Positions 35,001-47,546 of a stretch of DNA of 64,000 nt are shown piece by piece (the first letter of the stretch is position 1; each line of letters starts with the position of its first letter). The DNA is from Macrostomum hystrix. Taxonomy: Eukaryota; Animalia; Platyhelminthes. Below the pieces are notes generated by a model. That model saw nothing but the letters and a program-made list of their open reading frames with translations, was not told the DNA's origin and searched no databases. The stretch spans positions 2,852,001 through 2,916,000 of the forward strand of contig CATNEN010000005.1 in NCBI GenBank assembly GCA_950097015.1, in the 5' to 3' direction. A program made the position numbers and the translations under genes.

Positions 35001-35917
35001 GAAAGTGAGATGCAGGAATTTTCTAGATTTCTAGAAGGGAGATGAAGGGATTTGAAAAGGGGAGATAAATTGATCGCGCAGAAAGGGAAATGAAGCATTT
35101 AGCAGGGAAATTTTATAAGATTTCAGCATCACGCAAAAGCAAGTCATGCAAAAATTGATTGCTTCTAAAAGGATCAGCAGAGACCCTATAACAAAGACAC
35201 TTCTAGGAAAAATCTCAGAATTTACTATGAAAAAATGAGAAGAATATGATGCATGGAAGCCTTGCAGTGTGCACCGCGTTGTACTTTCACTGCGATCTAA
35301 TCTCTCTGATATTGTAAAGAACTCTTTAGCTTTAAGCACATCTGCTTTTAGTAGAAGACTTTTAGTTGCCGCTGGACAATTGTCTTATGCAAGAAAAGTC
35401 TAACTGAACGATATAATTAGCAAAATAACAGTTCCGCATTGAAGGTCTGTGAAAGGCTGCGTCCAGTTTTGAAAAAGCTATCGCCGAACACACCTCTTTG
35501 TCTTCGACATTTTTGTAGGACGAGAGAAAACTTTTTTAACGGCCTGCATGGGGGGTAGATATTTCCCACATTCCGAGAAACGGCCAGTTAGGGATCTGGG
35601 ATCTGTGGGATCCTGAAGGTCCAGTCGATGGGAAGAACAGCATTTTTTGTTAGGGTCAAAAAGTAAAATGCTTGCAAAATCTGTCATTTGGGTCTAACTG
35701 AAGTGATGTGTCCAATGGTCTATCGGCGCTTAAAGATTGGATGTACTTTTGTGAAGCAGTTAAGCTATGAAAATTGTTTCTCTTTTGTGCTGAATTGCTG
35801 ATTCTATTTTTTAGTCCTTGCGTGCGTATTTGATATGAAATTAGCGCGCAATATTAATTACGATCTAAATACTGCTTTATCATCATATGGCATCCCATGC
35901 TGACTTGGCTCGTATAT

Positions 35918-37200
35918 TTACTCTCCCTCTCTCCTCCTTAATCTACTCTCCCTCTCTACTCCTTGATCTACTCTCCCTCTCTCCTCCTTAATCTACTCTC
36001 CCTCTCTACTCCTTAATCTACTCTCCCTCTCTTCTCCTTAATCCACTCTCCCTCTCTTCTCCTTAATCCACTCTCCCTCTCTTCTCCTTAATCCACTCTC
36101 CCTCTCTTCTCCTTAATCTACTTTCCCTCTCTACTCCTTAATTTACTCTCCCTCTCTACTCCTTAATCCACTCTCCCTCTCTTCTCCTTAATCCACTTTC
36201 CCTCTATCCTCCTTAATCTACTCTCCCTCTCTTCTCCTTAATCCACTCTCCCTCTCTTCTCCTTAATCTACTCTCCCTCTCTCCTCCTTAATCTACTCTC
36301 CCTCTCTCCTCCTTAATCTACTCTCCCTCTCTCCTCCTTAATCTACTCTCCCTCTCTTCCCTAATATTTTTCCCTCTCTTCCCCCTAATCTACTCTCACT
36401 CTCTTCCTTAATCTATTCTCCTTAGGGATATGAGATAGAGATAGAGAGAGTGCGAGGGGAGAGAGTAGAGTGTGAGTTAGAATGTATTCCTTTTATTAAT
36501 GTCTAACTCTCTTCCCCCTAATCTACTCTCAATCTCTTCCCCCTAATCTACTCTCACTCTCTTCCCCCTAATCTACTCTCAATCTCTTCCCCCTAATCTA
36601 CTCTCACTCTCTTCCCCCTAATCTACTCTCACTCTCTTCCCCCTAATATACTCTCACTCTCTTCCCCCTAATATACTCTCACTCTCTTCCCCCTAATCTA
36701 CTCTCACTCTCTACCCCCTAATCTACTCTCAATCTCTTCCCCCTAATCTACTCTCACTCTCTTCCCCCTAATCTACTCTCACTCTCTTCCCCCTAATATA
36801 CTCTCACTCTCTTCCCCCTAATATACTCTCACTCTCTTCCCCCTAATCTACTCTCACTCTCTTCCCCCTAATCTACTCTCACTCTCTTCCCCCTAATATA
36901 CTCTCACTCTCTTCCCCCTAATATACTCTCACTCTCTTCCCCCTAATCTACTCTCACTCTCTTCCCCCTAATCTACTCTCAATCTCTTCCCCCTAATCTA
37001 CTCTCACTCTCTTCCCCCTAATCTACTCTCACTCTCTTCCCCCTAATCTACTCTCAATCTCTTCCCCCTAATCTACTCTCACTCTCTTCCCCCTAATCTA
37101 CTCTCACTCTCTTCCCCCTAATCTACTCTCAATCTCTTCCCCCTAATCTACTCTCACTCTCTTCCCCCTAATCTACTCTCAATCTCTTCCCCCTAATCCC
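35918..37200. repeat. Two related pyrimidine-rich arrays (about 24-25-bp units)
   Basis: CTCCTTAATCTACTCTCCCTCT variants at 35918-36420 and CCCTAATCTACTCTCACTCTCTTCC (25 bp) at 36505-37200. Confidence 0.94.
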
Positions 37201-37659
37201 CCTAGGCATCGAGTAGATATTTCGGACACAATCCTGAAGCATATTCTGCAACTAATTATTGCTTATCTTTATTGCTTTACAAGTAGAAACAGTATGTGGC
37301 CCTGGGCTTGCACACTTCTACAAACTAGCAAGTTACTGAAGAAAGTAAGTTTTGCGTTAATACGCTCGTAAGTTATAATCCGTGTTTTACAACTGTAGGA
37401 GCAAATCAAAAGGCTAGTAAATTATTTTCTTGCTTCTGTCGACAGGCAAGAGGTGCAAAAGAAGCTTGCTTTTCAAAATTGGCTAATAAGTTTAGAAATT
37501 GTAGTCGAAAACTTTTACCTTTGCTAAAAGCATTTGAACAGATAGCCGGTCAAACAATAAGAACAGACAGACAGACAGACGGACAGACAGACGGACAGAA
37601 CAGGACAGACAGACAAACAGAATACACGCAAAATTTCTTTTCTAGGCTGTCTGTAAAGG

Positions 37660-38150
37660 AGAGGAGTGTGAGGTAGGGAGAGGAGTGTGAGGTAGGGAGA
37701 GGAGTGTGAGGTAGGGAGAGGAGTGTGAGGTAGGGAGAGGAGTGTGAGGTAGGGAGAGGAGTGTGAGGTAGGGAGAGGAGTGTGAGGTAGGGAGAGGAGT
37801 GTGAAGTAGGGAGAGGAGTTTGAGGTAGGGAGAGGAGTGTAAGGTAGGGAGAGGAGTGTGAGGTAGGGAGAGGAGTGTGAGGTAGGGAGAGGAGTGTAAG
37901 GTAGGGAGAGGAGTGTAAGGTAGGGAGAGGAGTGTGAGGTAGGAGGGGAGTGTAAGGTAGGGAGAGGAGTGTAAGGTAGGGAGAGGAGTGTGAGGTAGGG
38001 AGAGGAGTGTGAGGTAGGGAGAGGAGTGTAAGGTAGGGAGAGGAGTGTGAGGTAGGGAGAGGAGTGTGAGGTAGGGAGAGGAGTGTGAGGTAGGGAGAGG
38101 AGTGTGAGGTAGGGAGAGGAGTGTGAGGTAGGGAGAGGAGAGTGTGAGGG
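37660..38150. repeat. 19-bp minisatellite
   Basis: Unit GAGAGGAGTGTGAGGTAGG. Confidence 0.95.
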
Positions 38151-38494
38151 GGGAGAGAGTAGAGTGTGAGTTAGAGTGTATTGCTCTTATTAATGTCTAA
38201 CTTCGCACTGTATTTCGTAGAGCTTTGCTTGCCTGCATAAAGTAGTTCTCCGTACACAGATGCATCACTGTTAATAGAATTTTATTTATCTATTTTACAT
38301 AGTAAAGTTAGGTGAATTCATATAGATACGATCTACGTATGCACTGTGTTATCCACACATTTAGGTCGCATCCGTTTTTAAAGAAATCAATACTAACTAG
38401 TAGTTAATTTGGTCGCAGTCGGCAACCTAGAGAGACACAGAGGGGATACAAATGACGTCTGTGTCGGATTGACAGGGGAGAGATTAGAAACGAG

Positions 38495-38795
38495 GGAGAG
38501 ATGAGACACGAGGGAGAGATGAGGCACGAGGTAGAGATGAGACACGAGGGAGAGATGAGACACGGGAGAGATGAGACACGGGAGAGATGAGACACGGGAG
38601 AGATGAGACACGGGAGAGATGAGACACGAGGGAGAGATGAGACACAAGGAAGAGATGAGACATGGGAGAGATGAGACACGGGAGAGATGAGACACGGGAG
38701 AGATGAGACACGGGAGAGATGAGACACGAGGGAGAGATGAGACACAAGGAAGAGATGAGACATGGGAGAGATGAGACACGGGAGAGATGAGACAC
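38495..38795. repeat. 16-18-bp minisatellite
   Basis: Variants of GGGAGAGATGAGACAC. Confidence 0.93.
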
Positions 38796-39489
38796 TGTCC
38801 GGACCTTGTAAGGTTTAAGGAGTTTTGCAAGCCGTATCCGTCTCGCGGGCCGGAGGGAGCCGGCGCTATAGCTCCAACCTCTAATCTAGCCATAGCCCAG
38901 CTTGACTAGCAACAAAATATTAAACTTGCCCATTTTCCACCGCTCGTAGACGCAATTTCCCCGCTTACAATTTGGCCGCGAGTCACCTGGAATGAACCAA
39001 AGAAAACTTTGCCCAATCATATTTAATTTAATCCTATAGACGAGATTCTGCTTGAAAGAATCGGATCTGGCAACACTGCTTCCGGTTTTGTTAGAGGTAA
39101 AACTCGTTTCTGCTTTGAATATTGCGCGGTGCACAATGCCTACAACTTTTGTTATTGATAAGTTTTTGTAAGTTTGTTGAGCTTCATTTTTACGGTTTTC
39201 ATGGACCTGCGTTATTCAGAATATTTTCCAGCTGATAATTCCTCTACATTTTTGTATCAATAGATGCATGATATCTAAAAACTAAAAAAAATTAGAACGG
39301 TAGATTAAAAATTGAAGCAGTAGATTAGATATCTGCAAAACAGATTAGATGTGTGTAAAGATTAGTATAAATGTCTAGAAGGTAGATTAGATCTATGAAA
39401 AAGCTGATTAGATATCCGAAAACTATATTAGACACCTGGAAGGTAGATAAGGTGTCTGGAAAGTATAAATTACGAGGTATCGTAGATAT

Positions 39490-40400
39490 CTAGAAAGTAT
39501 AGATTAGATATTTAAGAAGTAGATTAGATATTTGGAAAGTAGATTAGATGTTTGGAAAGTAGATTAGATATCTGGAATGTGGATTAGAGATCTGGAAAGT
39601 GGATTAGATATCTGGAAAGTGGATTAGATATCTGGAAAGTGGATTAGATACCTGGAAAGTGGATTAGATATCTGGAAAGTAGATTAGATGTCTAGAAAGT
39701 AGATTAGAGATCTGGAAAGTAGATTAGATATTTGGAAAGTAGATTAGATGTTTGGAAAGTAGATTCGATATTTGAAAAGTAGATTAGATCGATGGAAAGT
39801 AGATTAGATATCTCGAAAGTAGATTAGATATCTGGAAAGTAGATTAGATATCTGGAAAGTAGATTAGAGATCTGGAAAGAGGATTAGATATCTGGAAAGT
39901 GGATTAGATATCTGGAAAGTAGATTAGAGATCTGGAAAGAGGATTAGATATCTGGAAAGTAGATTAGAGATCTGGAAAGAGGATTAGATATCTGGAAAGT
40001 GGATTAGATATCTGGAAAGTGGATTAGATATCTGGAATGTGGATTAGATATCTGGAATGTGGATTAGATATCTGGAAAGTGGATTAGATATCTGGAAAGT
40101 GGATTAGATATCTGGAAAGTGGATTAGATATCTGGAAAGTGGATTAGATATCTGGAATGTGGATTAGAGATCTGGAAAGTGGATTAGATATCTGGAAAGT
40201 GGATTAGATATCTGGAAAGTGGATTAGATACCTGGAATGTGGATTAGATATCTGGAAAGTACGTAGATTAGATGTCTAGAAAGTAGATTAGATATCTGGA
40301 AAGTAGATTAGATATCTGGAAAGTGGATTAGATATCTGGAGAGTAGATTAGATGTCTAGAAAGTAGATTATATTAGTGGAAAATATATTAGATGTCTGGA
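39490..40400. repeat. 20-bp tandem repeat
   Basis: Unit (G/A)GATTAGATATCTGGAAAGT. Confidence 0.95.
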
Positions 40401-40922
40401 AAGTACACTATTGCTGGAAAATTTCCAATCAGTTCTTGACTTGACGTCTATACAATCGCTGAGAAGTGAGAACATTGCTACTATTGCTAGTCCTTGGAAG
40501 CCAAAGGCCTACTAGCCTAGAAGGCCTGCGTTTAAAATAGAAAAGAAAAAATATATTGTAAGGAAGGTTTATACAAGACTGACTTTTATAGGCTAAAATG
40601 GAGAGAAGGTAGACTGTGGGTAAGACTTGGGTTAACAGAGGAGAAAAACTAGAATGAGTACATGCTTGAGTGTGAGCTGCACTGCCTATAGACTATGAGT
40701 TTACCTTAACCACATTAATCATATATTTGCACTTTTCGTTTTTAACCGCCCAAAAATGTTTCAAAGCATGTTGAGTATGTGTGTTTCTCCTAATCTATCA
40801 TCAAGGTAAATTAAATGCTATTCTTTGCTATGTTTTTATGAGGCGGAAATGTACTTTTGTTATACTCGTATTAACTTATTATTAAACTTTTACTATAGAA
40901 ATTCAACTGCTAATCCATTGTA

Positions 40923-41600
40923 ATCTCACCCCTACTCATCTACAAATCTCACCCCTGCTCATCTACAAATCTCACCCCTGCTCATCTACAAATCTCACCC
41001 CTGCTCATCTACAAATCTCACCCCTACTCATCTACAAATCTCACCCCTACTCATCCACAAATCTCACCCCTACTCATCTACAAATCTCACCCCTACTCAT
41101 CTACAAATCTCACCCCTACTCATCTACAAATCTCACCCCTACTCATCTACAAATTTCACCCCTTCTCATCTACAAATCTCACCCCTACTCATCTACAAAT
41201 CTCACCCCTTCTCATCTACAAATCTCACCCCTACTCATCTACAAATCTCACCCCTACTCATCTACAAATCTCACCCCTACTCATCTACAAATCTCACCCC
41301 TGCTCATCTACAAATCTCACCCCTGCTCATCTACAAATCTCACCCCTACTCATCCACAAATCTCACCCCTACTCATCCACAAATCTCACCCCAACTCATC
41401 CACAAATCTCACCCCTACTAATCTACAAATCTCACCCCTACTCATCTACAAATCTCACCCCTACTCATCTACAAATTTCACCCCTTCTCATCTACAAATC
41501 TCACCCCTACTCAATCTACAAATCTCACCCCTACTCACCTAAAAATCTCACCCCTACTCATCTACAAATCTCACCCCTACTCACCTAAAAATCTCACCTC
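40923..41600. repeat. 23-bp tandem repeat
   Basis: Unit AAATCTCACCCCTACTCATCTAC. Confidence 0.95.
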
Positions 41601-41681
41601 TATTCAAACCCCTCCATAAGAACTCATGCTGTCCAACCCGCAGCTTCTGGACATCATGCAGCCATCTCGCGGTCCCTGACT

Positions 41682-41975
41682 ATGGACAGCTTCCTGCAGG
41701 ACATCAAAGCCTCGGAGCGGTTTCGCCGCCGTCGCAACGCGATGCACGACTTGGACGTCGCCGAGTTAGGTCCTGGAGCGTCGGGCACTCGGAGACGACC
41801 CGCTGCGGGTGCCGGCGCCTCAATCGATTCAGTTGAAGACGCAGACGAGTTGTCGGCAAGTTCTGGCGCTGCTGATTCGTCGAAGATTAATCGGCGACAG
41901 TCGTCGCAAGAGCACCGCGGCAGGGAGCTGTATCCTCTAGAAGATGACGAGGATATAGCTCCGGCGGCATCGTGA
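41682..41975 (+). CDS. Small protein or terminal exon with a PKI-like PKA pseudosubstrate motif
   Basis: GC-rich 97-aa ORF; DIKASERFRRRRNAMHDL aligns with PKI-alpha DFIASGRTGRRNAIHDI. The frame is open upstream, with a possible acceptor at 41642-41643. Confidence 0.65.
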   Translation: MDSFLQDIKASERFRRRRNAMHDLDVAELGPGASGTRRRPAAGAGASIDSVEDADELSASSGAADSSKINRRQSSQEHRGRELYPLEDDEDIAPAAS

Positions 41976-43894
41976 CTTCGAAAGTATCTAAAAATCGATT
42001 TTTTGTGAATCAGATATCACTAGAAAATCTCTAACTTTGAGTAGTGTATCAGTATGCCAATTTAGAAGCATGTTCTGATTTAACCTCGAAATATAAGCTG
42101 ATTCTTCAAAAGGAATTCAATGGAATCGTTCTTAAAATCTAGGTCATTCTATGGCATGTTATTATTAGTTTGTCATTGTCTCGTTTGCTCATGCAAATTG
42201 AAATCATTTAGCGCGATAACACGTCACAAGACAATTATTTTGGATGCAATTGTGTGGCAAAATGTTGATTATATATTTCTTGTCGCTTATATGCAAGAAA
42301 ATTTAATTAGGAATTGTAATGTTAGCTCGGATAAATCTTCGAAATAAAAATCCGTTGAAATAACAATGTATACTCACATTTTAGGATCACGTTATTTCCG
42401 GCTTTTCCTGTTTTGGATCTAACGTAGTTTCATATGTATACGTTAAACGCGACATAAAAAAGAGAAATATATATATATATCAATCCCTTTTGTGCTTTGT
42501 TATTACTTCAAAATTCGAAAATTCGAAACTTATTTCGAAACAATGTTTATAAGTTCTTACTAAGCTATGATTGTTTGAAGCGTGAAAATTTGAGAAATTT
42601 TAAAACACCTGATTATATTTAATTAAGCCGTCAACAACAAATCAATAATCTAAATTTGTCGCTTTTCATTGGGTTTTTATTTACAATAAATAGATGTTAT
42701 TTTCAGTTGCTTTCTGAAAAATTTATCCTATTGCACTGCTGAAAGTCAGGACCAGAAATTAATTTCCTTTGTTGCTTAGTAATCGCTAGATTTCACTTGT
42801 AATTGTTGTTATTGGGGTCTTATCGTTTCAATTAATTAACTTTCAGTTCTCATGCAATAGCGCTTAAACTTGAAATTCTACCAATTGTGCTGCAATATTC
42901 GTTTTTGCGAAATCGTTTAAAAACACACGTTTTTTGTTTTAATTGCGTTTCACTTTAAAACGCTGAAATCACTCAAATGAGTTTTTTGGCTGTTAATAAT
43001 CCCTTTCAGAAAATTCTTCTGTTGATCTACCATCGCATTATTTGCGTGAGTTAAAATAAACAGATTTCATTTTTTAGCTCTACAAATGTAATCTCTGTAA
43101 AACAAACTCACCTGCAATTCCTTCTTAATATCGATTTAAACTTTACACTTGAAACTTGCTGCGTAAATCGGAACAAGTTAAGGCGAACGTCTCAACCACA
43201 TTTTAGACACCTTTGCTAGTCGTTTGATCACCGCTCTCCCTCATCATTCCAGAGCCTCTGCGTGTGTGTGTAATTTGATCCCATTCTCAACCTCTCTCTC
43301 AATCCATTTCTCAAACTCTTAAACTTTCTGTACGGGAATTCCTTCTTATAAACTAGATCGATGACTAACTCAGCGTGGTTGAATTGGCTTTTTAACTTTA
43401 TAAAGTACATGAATACATTTTTGCATCGTTACTACTAAGTTTGCTTCATTTAGAATCTTGCAAATATACTTTTTCAGGCAGATCAGTGTAAAATACTATT
43501 TTTTCTAACTGTGCTACTTACAATCAGATCAGTAGAGTATTCTGAGCATGATCGATAAAATTTAATTTGTCGCAACTAAGATTTCGTCAGAGTTATTTCA
43601 TACAAAGTCTGCGTGCTATTATGACCCATTTCCATAGAGTCAGATAAATTTTAAACTTTAGTCAGAAAATGATACAGATTACGTACTTCGCTTCAAGGCC
43701 AAATTTCTATCCAAATATGGTCGGCCTTTTAATGTCGTTAAACAAAACTGGCAAATGCGCATCATTTTCGAACTAAATTGCGCATTTCTTAATGCTTTCT
43801 GTAAATATGGAACTAAAATAACGCTATTACATATTTTCTAGCATAAAATATGTGACCATCTTAAGAAAAGCTTTCAAATTATATACTTTTTTAT

Positions 43895-44460
43895 CACCTC
43901 AGTCTCATCTGTCACTCAATACTGACTCATCTGTCACTCTACTGTCTCATTTGTCACTCTGCCGTCTCATCTGTCACTCTACTGTCTTATCTGTCACTCT
44001 ACTGTCTCATGTGTCACTCCACTGTCTCATCTGTCACTCTACTGTCTCATCTGTCACTCTACTGTCTCATCTGTCACTCTACTGTCTCATCTGTGACTCT
44101 ACTGTCTCATCTGTGACTCTACTGTCTCATCTGTGACTCTACTGTCTCATCTGTCACTCTACTGTCTCATCTGTCACTCTACTGACTCATCTGTGACTCT
44201 ACTGTCTCATCTGTGACTCCACTGTCTCATCTGTCACTCTACTGACTCATCTGTCACTCTACTGTCTCATCTGTCACTCCACTGTCTCATCTGTCACTCT
44301 ACTGTCTTATCTGTCACTCTACTGTCTCATCTGTGACTCCACTGTCTCATCTGTGACTCCACTGTCTCATCTGTCACTCTACTGTCTCATCTGTGACTCC
44401 ACTGTCTCATCTGTCACTCTACTGTCTCATCTGTCACTCCAGTATCTCATTTGTCACCTT
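43895..44460. repeat. 20-bp tandem repeat
   Basis: Unit ACTGTCTCATCTGTCACTCT. Confidence 0.95.
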
Positions 44461-44649
44461 ACTATCAGTATTTTTTCTTCAAAGCAAGGAATGCTTATGA
44501 TGCAGAACAGTAAACTAGCGAAACACGATTAGAGTTTTCGGGTCCCACTTCTCTGTAACTTTTTTACACTTTACTCTTGCTTTATTTGAGAAAATATAGT
44601 TGTACGTCCGTTCACAGGCACTCAAACCTGTGAACGGTTCAAGTACCAC

Positions 44650-45230
44650 AATTGGCTATTCTAATGACTCATTGGCTATTCTAATGACTCATTGGCTGTT
44701 CTAATGACTCATTGGCTGTTCTAATGACCCCTTGGTTGTTCTAATGACCTCCCAATCTGTTCTAATGGCCTCATAATTTGTTCTAATGACTCATTGGCTG
44801 CAGTTATAATGACTCATTGGCTGTTCTAATGACCCCTTGGTTGTTCTAATGACCTCCCAATCTGTTCTAATGGCCTCATAATTTGTTCTAATGACTCATT
44901 GGCTGTTATAATGACTTCCTAATCTGTTCCAATGACTCCTAATATGTTCTAATGACCCATTGGCTGTTATGACTCCTTGGCTTTTCTAATGACTCCTTGG
45001 CAGTTCTAATGATTCATTGGCTGTTCTAATGGCTCATTGGCGGATTGGCTGCTCTAACGACTTCCTAATCTGTTCTAATGACCTCCTAATCTGTTCTAAT
45101 GACCTCTTAATCTGTTCTAATGACCTCCTAATCTGTTCTAATGACTCCTAATCTGTTCTAATGACTCCTAATCTGTTCTAATGTCTCCTAATCTGTTCTA
45201 ATGTCTCCTAGGCTGTTCTTATGACTCCAT
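44650..45230. repeat. Degenerate 20-21-bp repeat
   Basis: TTCTAATGAC core with TCATTGGCTG or CTCCTAATCTG variants. Confidence 0.88.
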
Positions 45231-46135
45231 TCCTGCTTTAAAAGTATGAAAGTAGCAAAATACATTTCGATTAAGCTTAGTATGAAACTTTACTAAATTA
45301 ATCGACTTTGAAGGAAGTTCCCCTTATTTTGGATAGAATGAGAATGAAGGTTTCGATACTTCACGTGTTTAGTGTTTAGTTAAGTGTGCTAATTCCTTCT
45401 ATTCAGCAACAGACCAACAATAAAATGTACAAGTTGTACATCTAGATCTATGTACATCTGGCGCAATGTACATTGCCTAAAATTTCCTGGAAATATCATA
45501 CAATGCTTCTGAATTTGGCCACGTGCCAATTAAACATAGAATTAACAGCACTAAAATTCCACTCAAGTACACATTTTAGCACTGTGATAATTAAACAAAG
45601 AATCTGAATTTCAATTGTTGTGTTTTGCATCAAATTAGACTAAAATTGTTACATTTTTCGTAGTTTTTTATTTATTTATATTTTTTCTATGAAAACGATT
45701 AGAAAGTTATATGCATGTTCATAAGGAGCTGCTTTACAATTGATGTGGACTTTTACAATAGTCAACTTATTATTTAAACTACGCAAAATATGAGAAATGG
45801 CGCAAAAAACTGAAAATCATTTAAACCAACTTCATAATACATAATACAACGTAACATAATAACTTGCAATTGTAAGATAATGACATCGTATAAAGTGGCC
45901 GCGACTATGACAAGACAATGTTTGTTGCTTAATAAAAGGAACACAAACCGCATTTTTCTGTATTTACAATCGATAATGAAGGTAAAATAAAATGATCATT
46001 CGAAAGATAATAGGTAGCTTTTTTTCGTGACATATAATTAATTGAATAGTAAATATAGTACTCGTAGTATTATAGGCTTATAAAATATTAACAACAACAG
46101 GAACTCGTCCAAGTTTAGTTTCAATCTGGTCTGGC

Positions 46136-47430
46136 TCACTGCTGCTGCTGCTGCTGGGTCTTCTTGGACACGCCGGCGCCAGGCTGTTGATGCTGCTGAT
46201 AGGTCTTGCGCTTCTGCAGCTGGCCCATTCGGCAGACCCGGTCTCGGCAGGCCTGGCACGTGGCCGAGTTGTGCTCCTTCTTCGGATGGCCGATGCGCCG
46301 GTCGACTCGCTTCTTGTGAGCCGGCATTCCGTAGTACAGGTGGCCAACCTGGTGATAGAGGTTCTCGATGACCTTCTCCACCTCCTCCTGGTACCAGATG
46401 GCGTGCTCATAGTATTTGCTGTCGCATTCCGTACACTTTTGGCCATAGAGCTTGAAATGTACGTAGCCCTGATTGGTGGCGTCATCCTTGTAGACCCAGA
46501 ACACCACCTGGCCACCCATGCTAGTCCAGGCTTTTTGGCATTTCTGCAAAGAAAATATGAAAAAAATCAAATATACTGTTAGTAGTGTCTATCGATCGAT
46601 AAGCAGATCATTCTTTACTGTTGCAGAAATGTGACAAAATAAATAATCAAATGAGAGCTTACCATGCAAATGAAGCGCACTTTGGCCTGATCCTTGAAAT
46701 AACGCCACTGATTGCGGGGAATGCCGGTGTTGTCAATATCCGGCGGATCAAACACCGGAAACAGGTGCCAACTGCCGAACGAGAAGCGACTAAAGAAGTC
46801 AACAAAGCGCTCGTGCCAGACTAGTTCCATCCTGCGAAAATATGGGGTGAAATGAAGTTAAAGACAATTAGACTATTGCAGATTGAATCAATTACTTTAA
46901 ATTGCATTTTTAGCCATATGAATTATAAAATTTTCTATACATATCGGTTCGGATTTAACTCACTGTTGACTAAGGGCCATGTCCACTGGTCGCGGGCCGG
47001 AGACGCGAAAGCCGGCCAGATCTTCGTTCAGCTGGGACAGGTCGGCCTCGGACTCGGATTCCGGCCGGGCAGAGTCGCACGGCGACGGGGCCCGGCTAGA
47101 CGAGGCCGGCATTGTCGAATTGGCGTCTGACTCTTTTTCTTCGCTCTCGTAGCCGAGATCGTGGCGACGCTGTAGAGGCTGCTGGAACTGCTGCGGCGAC
47201 AGCTGGGAAAGCGGTGCTACGGACGACATCGGCAGCGGCGGCGGCGGTACAGTCAAGGGCATCGGCGGCGACGCCAAGCTGATGTTGAGCGGCGGTGGCG
47301 GAACGCTGAAGTTCAAGCCAGGTGGACAGAATGGCGGGCAAACTTGAGGCGGCCGCATCAGCGGAGGCGGAGGCATCGAGTAGCTGTGTCCGTTGTAGTT
47401 AACCGGGTGTTGGTAGTGCATAGCAGACAT
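46136..47430 (-). CDS. zf-3CxxC domain protein (RTP-like) with Pro-rich N-terminus, about 347 aa, 3 exons
   Basis: Exons 47430-46964, 46831-46663 and 46543-46136 with GT-AG junctions in phases 2 and 0. The spliced product has AKVRFICMKCQKAWTS, FKLYGQKCTECD and EHNSATCQAC, the pattern of RTP-type 3CxxC domains. Confidence 0.82.
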
Positions 47431-47534
47431 TTTGGTCTAAGTTTTTTAGACAGTCAATGAGTGGAATATAGCTACAGAATGATTTCTCAGATTTGGAGGT
47501 TAGCGGGGTTTGGACTCGGGCCATTAGACGGGGA

Positions 47535-47546
47535 TCTGTATATATA
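47535..47546 (-). promoter_or_regulatory. Putative TATA box of the 3CxxC gene
   Basis: TATATATA on the minus strand about 110 bp upstream of the ATG, with GC-rich boxes further upstream. Confidence 0.4.

Noticed and set aside
33177-35687. Minus-strand ORFs at 33177-33443, 35031-35339 and 35478-35687
   Set aside because: No recognisable domain and no splice path I could support.
37555-37625. (GACA/GACG)n tract reminiscent of Helitron/DINE-type elements
   Set aside because: No terminal hairpin or subterminal inverted repeats could be identified.
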